A DNA stretch of 64,000 bases from Escherichia coli (GCF_016026235.1 NZ_CP065613.1); one strand, 5' to 3'; positions 13,680 to 24,470 are shown, counted from the first letter of the stretch. The notes: generated from the sequence alone by a model not told the origin. Numbers and translations: made by a program.

Positions 13680-14093
13680 TTAATTCGTGTACGTGATCTG
13701 GTACGTGATTTCCGCCATCGCCCAGGTGGCCATCTCATTATCACGTTGATAGTTAAAACCGAGTGGGATCAGGGTGTCGATGAGTCCGGAAAGTGCTGGT
13801 ACATCATTCAGGGCCGGGAAAATGGTGCTCTCCATCCACATATCCAGCTCTGAATCCGGTGCCTGTGCCCGGATGAAGACAGCAATATGCAGAACAGCCT
13901 GCCAGTCATCTTCATCCGTCATTTTTCCGGTGTACTGAGCATCACTCAGCCACACCGCCACGGCAGGCAGTTCCTGCGCATCAACAAATGCCGGAAGCCC
14001 GTCAAAAAACGTGGCGCTGTCTCCACACTGTTCCCGAAGGCGTGCCAGTACGACCTGGCGGATTTGTGTATGTCGGTTCATCGGGTCAGCCAT
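13680..14093 (-). CDS. U: Tail tube terminator protein U
   Basis: ATFFDG...AVAV...PDSELD.WMES motifs similar to lambda gpU. Confidence 0.8.
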   Translation of the reverse strand: MADPMNRHTQIRQVVLARLREQCGDSATFFDGLPAFVDAQELPAVAVWLSDAQYTGKMTDEDDWQAVLHIAVFIRAQAPDSELDMWMESTIFPALNDVPALSGLIDTLIPLGFNYQRDNEMATWAMAEITYQITYTN

Positions 14094-14656
14094 AACCTCA
14101 GTTGTTGTTTCAGTGCATACCCCAGCTGTTTCGGCATTTCCGCAGCAATGATGCGGTCGCGGGCATCTTCAAATGTCTGTGTCAGCGGTCCGGACAGCGG
14201 GATTTTCACCACATCAATGGGGTAACGATTTTTGCCATCAATACGCCGCATCACATGCCAGCGACCATTCGCCAGTTGCTGAATAAACGCATCCCGGAAA
14301 AGATATTTACCCACCTTCAGCACACTGCCACGGTACTGCAGTTTTCCACCACGCCGGGCCAGTCTGACCCGGGCTGTCCCCAGCTTAATGGCAGGCAGAT
14401 TGCCCCGGTTAACGCGGATCCTGGCCGTCATTTTTCCTGACGGACTGGCTTTAAACACCCGGACACGCTGACGTACCAGTTTCAGGGGGATCCCTTTCAC
14501 CTGGTTATCTCCCGCAACGGTATTCCCGGCAACCTGCCGGGTGGCAACCGAGACCGCTTTCTGTGCCACACGGTTTATCGCCCATGCGCTGGCCTGTGGC
14601 ACCATACGGGTATCAAGGCTGTTCAGATTGCGGATGGCATTCTCAAGCCCCTTCAT
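14078..14656 (-). CDS. Z: Minor tail / tail completion protein Z
   Basis: 192 aa; RWHVMRRIDGKNRYPIDVVKIPL and C-terminal KQLGYALKQQLR resemble lambda gpZ. Confidence 0.8.
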   Translation of the reverse strand: MKGLENAIRNLNSLDTRMVPQASAWAINRVAQKAVSVATRQVAGNTVAGDNQVKGIPLKLVRQRVRVFKASPSGKMTARIRVNRGNLPAIKLGTARVRLARRGGKLQYRGSVLKVGKYLFRDAFIQQLANGRWHVMRRIDGKNRYPIDVVKIPLSGPLTQTFEDARDRIIAAEMPKQLGYALKQQLRLWLTR

Positions 14657-14667
14657 CCCACACCTCT

Positions 14668-14943
14668 TTACTCAATAAAGATCATTGGCTTACCGTTAAA
14701 GCGTTCATGCCGTGTGACCGTCCATTGTTGTCCGTCATAAACAACGCGATCACCGCGCCGTGGGCGGTATCCCGAAGAAAACACCACCAGAGAGACCGCA
14801 GGTCCGGACAGAGCATTCAGCTCTGCCAGTGTTTCTCCCGGGATCACAGTCATATCGACATCATTAATCGAGGCTGTCTTTCCCATCTTTCTGACCGTGA
14901 TAGCATCCATACGCGCTGCCAGCCGGGAAAAGGGATCAGACAT
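14668..14943 (-). CDS. Head-tail joining protein (FII-like)
   Basis: 91 aa, positioned between the head module and Z as lambda FII is; call is by position and size. Confidence 0.55.
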   Translation of the reverse strand: MSDPFSRLAARMDAITVRKMGKTASINDVDMTVIPGETLAELNALSGPAVSLVVFSSGYRPRRGDRVVYDGQQWTVTRHERFNGKPMIFIE

Positions 14944-15259
14944 TGAGTTTTACCGGCACTTCTTCTGCACTGGTTCCGGCATCTGCCCAGACAACCCCGA
15001 CCAGCGGATCAGAGCCGCTGTTAGTCAGCTGAATTTTTCCGGACTTCAGATAAACCTTCTTACCCGTTTTCATGTCATCCGTTTTCAGCTTAGGCAGCAT
15101 AAACACACCTTCGGTCATGCCGTCGCCTGTTTCACCCTGTGGAATATCGGTCAGCGCCACCGCAAAAACATCGCCCACCTGCACCAGATCTCCGCTGCTG
15201 ATGGCTGCACTGGCAACAATCGCCACCGTTTTTCCTTCTTCTACAAAATTCTTTGCCAT
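14936..15259 (-). CDS. Small phage head-associated protein (DUF2190-like), probable start MAKNFVEEGK
   Basis: About 107 aa immediately downstream of the capsid gene; tentative family assignment. Confidence 0.45.
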   Translation of the reverse strand: MAKNFVEEGKTVAIVASAAISSGDLVQVGDVFAVALTDIPQGETGDGMTEGVFMLPKLKTDDMKTGKKVYLKSGKIQLTNSGSDPLVGVVWADAGTSAEEVPVKLNV

Positions 15260-15345
15260 AACTGTCTCCGCACAGCCCCGTTCAGGGGCTGATTTCAGGT
15301 ACAAAAAAAGCCCTTACGGGCCATCAGAGATGTTGTCTGCGACGT

Positions 15346-17057
15346 TTACGCCGTACATTTCACCAGACCGCGGTGATCAACTGGCGCGACACCGGCGTCA
15401 ATACGCACTTTCGTTGTCACGCCATCCACACTGAAGCCCTCCATCTGATCAATATATGGCGTATCCACACCGTTGAGATAAGCCACTTCAATCGTATCGG
15501 AGCCTTTTGACGCAGCCAAGTAGAAGGTGGTCTGGCTGTTATCATCAAGACGAGGCTCTGCAATAACGGTCGCAAAATCTTTCACCGGGTTAATAATACC
15601 GGCGTTAATGTCAGCCCCCTTGACACTTGAGGAGCGAATGACCTGGTTAGCAACAGACTCCATCGCCGTCGGTACCAGTACGAACGCAGGACGAATATTC
15701 AGATGACGCTCCCCCTCTTTCTGAACGCGCATCAACTGGCGGGCTTTATCCAGCGATGCCACGTCCATTGCAGCGCTCTCCAGTACGTTTGCATGTTTCG
15801 CTTTATCGAACAGACTTACATTATCTGTGGAGATTTTCGGGTTAGACGTCAGAATGGCATAAACCAGATCGGCAATAGTGGATTTCGCCGCACGGCCCAG
15901 TTTCATCGGGACATCGGTCAGCATATTCAGATCATCATTGATAATGGCCTGACGGGTGATACTGAACAGCTCGCCATAGGTCGCCAGTGCAATAGTGGCC
16001 TGTTTATCTCCGGTGGTGACGTATTTATATTCCGCCCCTTCACGCACCTGACGCAGAGCACTGAAGCCCCCCATACCCACACGATGGGCAATTTTAAAAT
16101 CAGACAACTGACCTTTCCGCGTCCACTGTTCATAGGTTTCAGGGGCATCTTCCCAGCCCTGCAGAATGGCTTTGTTCGCAACATCCAGCAGAATATTACC
16201 GAAGTCAGACGTACTGTGTGTGAACGCCGCACCGACCATCTGCATCGGGTTATAACCGGAAACCCCAATACCCCGTTCAGTCAGTGACATACGGGCATAT
16301 TCACGCAGGGTCATCCCGTTGTAGACATTATCACGTTCGGTTTTTTCAAATCCGGCACGCGCCATCAGCGCCTGGCGGATCCCGTCCCCCACAAAATTAC
16401 CGTTACCGGCATAAATATGAGCCGGGGTATTTTTATTGGATGGCGTGGACTCGCGCCCCATCTCGTTCAACAGCTTTTCACGGGCCTGCTCCAGCGAACA
16501 TTCAGGATCGGCAAGACACTGAGCCTGCAGCGTCTGATAACGCCCGCCAAACATGGCAAACAGATCATTAATACCGTTTACACGCGCTTTTTGCTCTGCC
16601 AGTACCTGCGCACGGATGCTGTTTTCATCCACCACGGGTGCTGCTGCCTGCACTGGCGTCCGGGAGGCTTCAGATTCATTATCCTGTACGCGTGGAGCAC
16701 TGTTGCGTGGCGGAGTAATCATGTTTCGAATGGATTCCGGCATCTTTTTAAATTCCTCTGTACGTTTTGACTGAATACATGCCATTGCCTTAACGGCTGG
16801 CGTTACCTGATCAGCAAATCCATGTGCCAGACATTCGGCACCGGACATCCAGGTCTCATCCGCCAGCATGGCAGCAATTTCATCGGTGGTTTTCCCGGTT
16901 TTCTGTGCATAAGCGGGTAACAGAACCGCCTCAACTTTATCGAGCAGGTCGGCATAGGTGCGCATGTCCTCCGCATCACCGCCCGTAAAGCCAAATGGTT
17001 TATGAATCATCATGAAGGTGTTTTCCGGCATAATGACCGGGTTTCCTACCATCGCAA
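15346..17057 (-). pseudogene. Prohead protease / major capsid protein fusion (HK97-fold), 5' end cut by IS600-like element
   Basis: N-terminal part looks like the C-terminal half of a ClpP-like prohead protease, followed by a capsid-like domain; the frame runs directly into the IS end at 17058. Confidence 0.75.
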
Positions 17058-17100
17058 TGAGGTGTACTGGCAATAGCGGACACTACCATTTGTTCTTTTT

Positions 17101-17919
17101 TTAAGCAGCCATCTGATGATATTTTTCCCTGAAGGCTGCCGGGGAGATATTCCCCAGACGAGAGTGACGACGCTGACGATTGTAGAAAATCTCAATGTAT
17201 TCCCGTATTACTGAGATGGCTTCATCCCGGTTATTAAAACGATAGTGGCTCAGGCTCTCATTTTTCAGCGTTCCCCAGAAGCTTTCCATCGGAGCGTTGT
17301 CGTAACAGTTACCTTTACGCGACATTGATGTTTTCAGACCAAACTGCTCCTGTATGACCCGGTAATCGTATGCGCAGTACTGTGAACCTCGATCAGAGTG
17401 GTGGATTAGCCCGGCAGGTGGGCGCTGGCTCCTGAGCGCCATAAACAGGGCTTTACCTGTCAGCTCTTTTGTCATGCGCTCTCCCATGGCGTAGCCGACA
17501 ATTTCGCACGTATAAACATCTTTGATGCCAGCGAGGTACAACCATCCCTCCTGTGTGGCAACATACGTCAGGTCCGCCACCCAGACCTGATTTGGTGCTG
17601 TAGGAGCGAACGTCTGGTTCAGCAGATTTGGCGCAACTGGCAGATTGTGGTTCGGGTTCGTAGTCGCTCTGAACTTGCGTTTCTGCTTACAGCGTAGCCT
17701 TAGCTCCTTACGAAGACGTGCCAGTCGGTCACGACCAACGATGATGCCATTCTCTGCCAGCTCCGTCTGGAGCCGCCGGGTTCCATATGTTTCGCGAGTG
17801 CGGATATGTGCCACCTTAATCTCCAGTTTTAGCCGCTCATCACTTTGTTTTCTGTCTGAGGGTTCATGCTGTACCCAGTTGTAATAACCGCTCCTGGATA
17901 CACCAAATACCTGACACAT
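17101..17919 (-). CDS. IS3-family transposase OrfB (DDE integrase-like catalytic domain)
   Basis: 272 aa with HSDRGSQY and later E; the -1 frame joins orfA to orfB through an A7 run (about 17995-18005). Confidence 0.9.
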   Translation of the reverse strand: MCQVFGVSRSGYYNWVQHEPSDRKQSDERLKLEIKVAHIRTRETYGTRRLQTELAENGIIVGRDRLARLRKELRLRCKQKRKFRATTNPNHNLPVAPNLLNQTFAPTAPNQVWVADLTYVATQEGWLYLAGIKDVYTCEIVGYAMGERMTKELTGKALFMALRSQRPPAGLIHHSDRGSQYCAYDYRVIQEQFGLKTSMSRKGNCYDNAPMESFWGTLKNESLSHYRFNNRDEAISVIREYIEIFYNRQRRHSRLGNISPAAFREKYHQMAA

Positions 17920-17954
17920 CGCTTCAATGGGAAATTGTTGTCGCCATTGTTCGA

Positions 17955-18257
17955 TTAACGCGTATTTTTCAGCGACTCCTGTGCAAAATACGCTGTTGCT
18001 TTTTTTAATATATCTCGCTCAAGGCGAGCTTCATTTAACGCCTTACGCAGTTGCAGAATTTCAGATTCCAGTTCAGCCACCGTGCGGGAGCCAGGAGTAC
18101 CGAGCCCTTTTCTGGCGGCGGTAACCCATTGTCCTAAAGTGCCTTCAGGAAGGGATAATCGGGAAGCGCCTTCACTGATCGAAAGTTGATTTTCAAGAAC
18201 CGTTCTGACAGCTTCGGCTTTGAACTCTTTAGAGTAACGTTGGGTTTTTCTGCTCAT
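17955..18257 (-). CDS. IS3-family transposase OrfA (helix-turn-helix)
   Basis: 100 aa, MSRKTQRYSKEFKAEAVRTV..., typical IS3-family OrfA. Confidence 0.9.
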   Translation of the reverse strand: MSRKTQRYSKEFKAEAVRTVLENQLSISEGASRLSLPEGTLGQWVTAARKGLGTPGSRTVAELESEILQLRKALNEARLERDILKKATAYFAQESLKNTR

Positions 18258-18321
18258 TATTAGCTCCTTCTGATGCCATTCTATTTCAGGAAGGAGTGTC
18301 CGTTAAACTCAGGCTACCTCA

Positions 18322-18405
18322 GTTTTCCCTGACTCTTACGCCTTTATAAACAAACCAGATACGTAATTTCCCTCCATGGCTTTCCACGCCTGTCGGATAT
18401 TTCAT
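18322..18405 (-). pseudogene. Phage integrase N-terminal remnant (about 27 codons), truncated by IS600-like element
   Basis: Minus-strand translation MKYPTGVESHGGKLRIWFVYKGVRVREN is the characteristic N-terminus of lambdoid tyrosine integrases, directly downstream of xis. Confidence 0.6.
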
Positions 18406-18439
18406 TTCAATTTCTCTCATTAGTTAGTGTGGCTTTTAG

Positions 18440-18691
18440 TCAAGTAAGATGACGTCTTGGTCTTGCTGATGCCTGGCGCTCAATCCAGCGATCAATTTCT
18501 TCCAGGTTGTAAAAGCATGGACTGTTATCCCATGGCATACCGTCATGAGCGACATGCTTATATTCCCTTCCTTCCATAAACGATTTTTCCCGGGCCTTTT
18601 TTAACGTACCTTTTTTTATTCCTTTCAGCGCAATTAACTGCTCTTCGGATACCCATTTGCCGGGAGAGACAATCATGATTACTTCGCTCAT
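18440..18691 (-). CDS. Putative excisionase-like protein
   Basis: 83 aa, immediately upstream of the int remnant on the same strand; assignment mainly by position. Confidence 0.5.
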   Translation of the reverse strand: MSEVIMIVSPGKWVSEEQLIALKGIKKGTLKKAREKSFMEGREYKHVAHDGMPWDNSPCFYNLEEIDRWIERQASARPRRHLT

Positions 18692-18775
18692 CGATTTCTT
18701 TATCTCTTACATCAGACGAGCGCCGGTTGCAGAATACCAGTCACAACCGGCGACAGTTGAACATTAAGAATCAGC

Positions 18776-18904
18776 CTGACTCGGGATCAGTTTTTGCCAG
18801 ATAACTGAAACGTATTTTGCCTGGTAACGGGCGTCATCAAGTGCATTATGGCGCTCACCTTCGAATGGAATAGCCGTTCTGGCATCGAAGTCTATGGCTT
18901 TCCC
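18776..18904 (-). pseudogene. C-terminal fragment of a DnaQ-like (DEDDh) 3'-5' exonuclease, 5' part removed by IS10-like insertion
   Basis: Translation ...FEGERHNALDDARYQAKYVSVIWQKL contains the H-x-A-L-D-D-A exo III motif; the frame runs into the IS end at 18905. Confidence 0.45.
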
Positions 18905-20198
18905 CTGAGGAATCCCCAGAAAACAAGACAGGCATAGTGAGATGTGATCTAATTGATTGTGCTAACAATTTCAAGGAGATCACCACTATGCCTGCACGTT
19001 CATTATGCCAAAATTTCCTTAACAACATACTGGCCCCTTTGCATCTTTACCGTCAAAAATCACTGATTGACGCAACTAATGCTGTAATAAATGGCGCTTC
19101 CCTCACACTTACCAGTATCGGGCGTCATTTAACCGGTACGGCATCAGTTAAAAACAAAATAAAGCGGGTGGATCGACTGTTGGGGAATCGACATTTGCAA
19201 AATGAGGTTTCCACCATTTTTCAGCGAATTACCCAAAAGATTACGCGGGGAATGTCTCGTGTTGTGATACTCATTGACTGGAGTGCTTATCATGCCTCTC
19301 GTTTTCAGCTTTTGCGGGCAAGCCTGGCATGTGACGGGCGTTCTTTACCGTTGATGAGTTGTGTCGTTCCATCATCACAGACAGCGAATGCAGATGTACA
19401 TGAGCGTTTTCTGGAATCGCTTGCTGAGTGCTTTTCCCCCGGGACTGATGTCATTGTTATTACAGATGCCGGTTTTCAGGGGCGATGGTTCCAACAGCTC
19501 CGCTCCCGTGGCTGGACCTATATTTGCCGGGTACTGGGCAATCATTATTACAATGTTGGTAATGGCTGGGAAAAGGTGTCGGACTCAGGCACAAAAGCAT
19601 CAACGACAGCAATTTATTTAGGTGAAGGCCTGCTGGGTCGAGATAAAAATGCACAACATGAAGGGCATTTTTATCTTTATAAAAGTAAGCCTAAAGGTCG
19701 TAGATTTAAACGCTCGAAGGAAAGAGCAACCAGACCATCGGTGACGGCTAAAGCTCGTACTGCCGGGAAATCACCATGGTTTATTTTCACAAACAGTACT
19801 GAGTTCTCGCCAAAACAGGTAATGAAATTATACAGCCGTAGAATGCAAATTGAGCAAAATTTCAGGGATGAAAAAAATCCTCGCTGGGGATTTGGACTAC
19901 GGTTTGGTGCCAGTCATTCATCCGGGCGGGTCACGGTATTGAGTCTGATCGCAACATTAGCCAGTATCATTATGTGGTTAAGCGGTTTCAGCCTGGAAAA
20001 CAAAGGGATACATCATAAATATCAGGCAAATACAGTGAAGCACAGGCGAGTCATCTCGTTATTAAAACTGGCGGAGAATGTGATTCGACATTCTCCACTC
20101 ATACTAAACACACTGTCACTTGACGCAGGGCTGAAAGTTCTACAGCAACGGTATACCAATATGATAATGGTTTACTAAATTTTCTGGGGATCCCTCAG
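18905..20198 (+). mobile_element. IS4-family insertion sequence, IS10-like, copy 1 (1294 bp)
   Basis: Terminal inverted repeats CTGAGGAATCCCCAGAAAA (left) and CTGAGGGATCCCCAGAAAA (right, reverse complement), resembling IS10 ends; single transposase ORF; no 9-bp direct repeat in the flanks. Confidence 0.85.
18988..20178 (+). CDS. IS4-family (IS10-like) DDE transposase
   Basis: ATG at 18988 preceded by AAGGAG; motifs KRVDRLLGNRHL, ILIDWS, VITDAGF and YSRRMQIEQNFRD align with the IS10 transposase DDE residues. Confidence 0.85.
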   Translation: MPARSLCQNFLNNILAPLHLYRQKSLIDATNAVINGASLTLTSIGRHLTGTASVKNKIKRVDRLLGNRHLQNEVSTIFQRITQKITRGMSRVVILIDWSAYHASRFQLLRASLACDGRSLPLMSCVVPSSQTANADVHERFLESLAECFSPGTDVIVITDAGFQGRWFQQLRSRGWTYICRVLGNHYYNVGNGWEKVSDSGTKASTTAIYLGEGLLGRDKNAQHEGHFYLYKSKPKGRRFKRSKERATRPSVTAKARTAGKSPWFIFTNSTEFSPKQVMKLYSRRMQIEQNFRDEKNPRWGFGLRFGASHSSGRVTVLSLIATLASIIMWLSGFSLENKGIHHKYQANTVKHRRVISLLKLAENVIRHSPLILNTLSLDAGLKVLQQRYTNMIMVY

Positions 20199-20824
20199 CA
20201 GTCAGCCCCGCTCTCTTTCGCTTTTTCCAGTCGTTCATCAATGCGATCGGCAACAATCACATTTTTAACGTTATAGACGCCTTTTAATACCTGAACGATC
20301 GTCAGGCCGATTGGACCGGCACCGTAAACCAGAACGGTATCATTTTCAGTCGGTTGACCATGGCCGGTTACGTTAGCCGCAATGGTAAAAGGTTCGATCA
20401 TCACCGCATATTGATCGGCCACTGCTTCAGGAATTTTCCACGCATTTTTTGCCGGAACCACGGCATATTCACTGAAACCACCGTCAGCGTGCACACCTAA
20501 TACAGCCAGTGTCGTACAAACGTTCGGTTTACCTATAGAGCACGGATAGCAATGCCCACAGCTGACCACCGGATCGACAGCAACACGTTCACCGACTCTG
20601 GCGCTTTCCACACCTTCACCCACCGCATCAATGACGCCAAAGAATTCATGTCCAATGACGCGCGGATATTTCGCAAAAGGATTATGCCCACGATAAATAT
20701 GGCTATCTGAACCACAAATTCCGGCAAGTTTCACTTTTACTCGTACTTCACCCGCTGACGGGGTGGGTATTTCACGTTCGACAATCGCCAGTTGATTCGG
20801 TTTTTCAATTAATATGCTTTTCAT
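20199..20824 (-). pseudogene. rspB: Starvation-sensing zinc-type dehydrogenase RspB, 3'-truncated by IS10-like element
   Basis: N-terminus MKSILIEKPNQLAIVEREIPTPSAGEVRVKV... matches RspB; reading frame ends in a TGA supplied by the IS terminus after about 208 of roughly 339 residues. Confidence 0.85.
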
Positions 20825-20835
20825 TATCTTACTCC

Positions 20836-22050
20836 TTACCAGTTCCACAGCGTGCCATCTTCCAGACGTGCGACTGGTAGATAAGCAGGTTCATAGGGAT
20901 ATTTCGCCGCCAGCTTTTCATCGAATTCGATGCCAAGACCCGGTTTGTCTCCCGGATGCATATAGCCGTTATCGAAAGTCCAGTTGTGCGGGAAGACTTC
21001 GAGCATTTGTTCGGAATAACCCATGTATTCCTGGACACCGAAATTGGGGACCCACAGATCAAAGTGCAGCGCTGCAGCCATGCAGACTGGTGACAAATCG
21101 GAAGGACCGTGTGAGCCAGTACGTACCTGATACAGCGAAGCAAAATCGGCAATCCGGCGCATACCGGTAATTCCGCCTGCATGGGTCAGCGTGGTGCGGA
21201 TATAATCGATGAGTTGCTCTTCAATCAGTTGTTTGCAGTCCCAGATGCTGTTGAAGACTTCACCCACTGCGATGGGTGTGACGGTATGTTGGCGAATGAG
21301 ACGGAAGCATTCCTGGTTTTCCGCAGGCGTCGGGTCTTCCATCCAGAACATGCGATAATCTTCAATGCTTTTACCAAAGCGCGCCGCTTCAATAGGCGTT
21401 AAGCGATGGTGCATGTCATGCAGCAAATGTTCATTAAAACCAAACTTGTTACGTACCGCGTCAAACAATTTCGGCATGAAATCGAGGTATTTCTCCGTCG
21501 ACCACAGCTGCTCTTCCGGCCACTGTCCTTTGGTTGCGGGTTCATAAGCCAGACCTTTACCTTTCGACATGCCGTAGGTGGTTTTCATACCAGGGATTCC
21601 GCACTGCACGCGGATGGCTTTGAATCCCAGCTCCTGATGACGGGCATAATCATCCAGAGCTTCATCAATACTGTGACCGGTGGTATGGCAATAAACCATC
21701 ACCCCTTCACGAGACGCGCCGCCGAGTAACTGGTAAAGCGGCATGTTGGCAGCTTTGGCTTTAATATCCCACAGCGCCATATCAACCGCTGAAATGGCCG
21801 ACATCGTAACCGGACCGCGACGCCAGTAAGCACCTTTATAGAAAAACTGCCAGATATCTTCGATACGGTGCGCATCGCGACCAATAAGCTGCGGACAAAG
21901 GTGATCCTGCAAATAAGAGGCCACGGAAAGCTCACGTCCATTGAGGGTGGCATCCCCAAGGCCCGTAATACCGTCCTCAGTGGTGATTTTTAATGTGACG
22001 AAATTACGCCCCGGACAGGTAACAAAAACTTCAGCCTTTACGATCTTCAT
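20836..22050 (-). CDS. rspA: Starvation-sensing protein RspA (mannonate dehydratase / enolase superfamily)
   Basis: [40 protein letters not shown]...; 404 aa from the internal Met. Confidence 0.9.
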
Positions 22051-22255
22051 GTTCGATTCCTTGCATCGCTTGTCGTGATGCATGAAATCTACGCAACTGA
22101 ACTACTACCATACAAGTATGAAGATCGAAAAAAGCCGGAGTGATCACAAAAAAAGGCGTATATTTGCGCTGTGAATGGTTGACAAAAGATGAAATAGAAT
22201 ACCTTTTGTCAGCTGACGCTTCCTCGTATCTTATTGATAAAATGGATTTATGTTC

Positions 22256-22582
22256 CTACGTGCGCCCCCAGCCCGCAACAATGATCAACATGCCGCAAAG
22301 CGCAATCAACGCACCCGTCCAGTCATAAAGTGTCAGTTTCACGCCATCCACAACGCGCAGCCACATCAACGCCGTGCAGACATAAACGCCACCATAAGCC
22401 GCGTAAACACGCCCACTCGCCGCAGGATGCAACGTTAACAACCAGACAAACAGCGCCAGTGAAATCCCCGCCGGAAGCAACAGCCAGATACTGGCGTTTC
22501 GTTTTAACCACAACCAGGGCAGAAAGCATCCAATAATTTCACACAGCGCAGTAGCAAAAAATAGTAACGTTGTTTTAATCAT
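22256..22582 (-). CDS. ynfA: UPF0060 inner membrane protein YnfA
   Basis: 108 aa, four predicted transmembrane helices; conserved synteny. Confidence 0.85.
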
Positions 22583-22716
22583 CTTTGTCACTTATTGACA
22601 TCATGTATAGTTATAGGGCGACATAATATCATCAATATAAACACCCTCCTGGTACGTTTTGCGTCCGCAGTGGATGGTGTAGAATCACCTTTAATCATTC
22701 ACACAGGGAATGAATT

Positions 22717-23058
22717 ATGAAAATCACTCTCAGCAAACGAATCGGCCTGCTCGCTTTTCTGCTGCCTTGCGCACTGGCATTGAGCACAACTGTTCATGCC
22801 GAAACTAACAAACTGGTGATTGAGTCTGGCGACAGTGCACAAAGCCGCCAGCACGCCGCTATGGAAAAAGAGCAATGGAATGACACGCGCAATCTGCGCC
22901 AGAAAGTGAATAAACGCACTGAAAAAGAGTGGGATAAAGCCGACGCCGCTTTTGATAACCGCGATAAATGTGAGCAAAGCGCCAACATCAATGCCTACTG
23001 GGAGCCAAATACTTTGCGCTGCCTGGACCGTCGAACTGGCCGCGTTATTACCCCCTAA
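22717..23058 (+). CDS. ynfB: UPF0482 secreted protein YnfB
   Basis: 113 aa with signal peptide. Confidence 0.85.
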
Positions 23059-23092
23059 CCTGTTATTGATTTAAGGAATGTAAGGACACGTT

Positions 23093-23653
23093 ATGCCAAG
23101 CGCCCACAGTGTTAAGCTACGCCCGCTGGAGCGTGAAGATTTACGCTATGTACATCAACTCGACAATAACGCCAGTGTGATGCGTTACTGGTTTGAGGAA
23201 CCCTACGAAGCCTTTGTTGAACTCTCTGATCTGTATGATAAGCATATTCACGATCAGAGCGAACGACGCTTTGTGGTGGAATGTGACGGCGAAAAAGCCG
23301 GTCTGGTGGAGTTGGTGGAAATTAACCATGTACATCGCCGCGCAGAATTTCAGATAATTATCTCCCCGGAGTATCAGGGGAAAGGTCTGGCAACCCGTGC
23401 CGCCAAATTAGCAATGGACTATGGCTTCACCGTTCTCAATCTCTATAAGCTGTATCTGATCGTTGATAAAGAGAATGAAAAAGCGATTCACATTTACCGC
23501 AAGCTTGGCTTTACGGTTGAAGGTGAATTGATGCATGAGTTCTTTATTAATGGTCAATATCGTAATGCCATTCGCATGTGTATATTCCAGCATCAGTATC
23601 TGGCAGAGCACAAAACACCGGGTCAGACTCTCCTGAAGCCGACCGCACAATAG
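23093..23653 (+). CDS. speG: Spermidine N1-acetyltransferase (GNAT)
   Basis: 186 aa; GNAT fold motifs; matches SpeG. Confidence 0.9.
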   Translation: MPSAHSVKLRPLEREDLRYVHQLDNNASVMRYWFEEPYEAFVELSDLYDKHIHDQSERRFVVECDGEKAGLVELVEINHVHRRAEFQIIISPEYQGKGLATRAAKLAMDYGFTVLNLYKLYLIVDKENEKAIHIYRKLGFTVEGELMHEFFINGQYRNAIRMCIFQHQYLAEHKTPGQTLLKPTAQ

Positions 23654-23655
23654 CA

Positions 23656-24366
23656 TTAATAATAATCGATCGTATTTTTGATGGTGTAAACCCGTTCGAC
23701 GGCGGGTTTTACTCCTTCATCAACAATGATCAGCTGACAGTCCACCGGATTGGCGTGACTGTCATATTCACAGCTCTGTTTTACATTACCAACTCGTTGA
23801 TTATTCAGTAAAGTAACCGCTGTGTAATCTAATTTTTTGATCGGGTCCGTTGATGGCGTGGCGCTGACAGATAATGTTTTGTCGTTACTTTTCGTGGTTT
23901 TACCCAGTGGATAACCCTGATCATCATAGCGATATTCCATCTGCATTTGTTTGCTGCTGGCTTTAATCACGAAGCCATTATCATCGGTTTCCCAACTCAC
24001 CCCGGCAGAAGGTAATTCTGCTAGCTGGCATTTTCCCTGTAAACGTACTCTCTTCTCCAGCGTCTCGGCATCACGGTAATAATTGGCGTCCAGTACCAGA
24101 GCGACCACGGTATTATTTTCCAGATCCAGTAATTCGAGTGAATCAAAACAGCCTTCTTCCGACAAAGTCCCCGAAACACGTTTCGTCACTTCACCTTGCT
24201 CATCCATTAATGTCTGAGTGAAATCTTTTACCGGACCACGCAGCGGATCAAAATCGAATTCATTAGAGAAACTGGCCATCTCAGGAGTAAATGAAAGTGT
24301 TACCTCTGTGCGGTCACATCCTGTGAGTAATATCGCGAGTAAGCATGGCAGTAATTTGTATTTCAC
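23656..24366 (-). CDS. ynfC: Lipoprotein YnfC (UPF0257); probable GTG start
   Basis: Lipobox LLTGC; 236 aa from the GTG. Confidence 0.8.
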   Translation of the reverse strand: MKYKLLPCLLAILLTGCDRTEVTLSFTPEMASFSNEFDFDPLRGPVKDFTQTLMDEQGEVTKRVSGTLSEEGCFDSLELLDLENNTVVALVLDANYYRDAETLEKRVRLQGKCQLAELPSAGVSWETDDNGFVIKASSKQMQMEYRYDDQGYPLGKTTKSNDKTLSVSATPSTDPIKKLDYTAVTLLNNQRVGNVKQSCEYDSHANPVDCQLIIVDEGVKPAVERVYTIKNTIDYY

Positions 24367-24470
24367 ATCAGTCACCAGAGAGTAGAGATGATTCTCAATC
24401 ATAGTAGCAAATACAGTACTTTACACGTTAAATGCTATGCTTAAAGAAGTTATCTTCGCGTAAGGAGCTT

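Larger units (their letters stand above)
17058..18321 (-). mobile_element. IS3-family insertion sequence, IS600-like, 1264 bp
   Basis: Imperfect terminal inverted repeats beginning TGAGGT...AGCGGACACT at both ends; orfA/orfB arrangement; length equals IS600 as I recall it; flanks caa / gtt give no target-site duplication. Confidence 0.85.
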
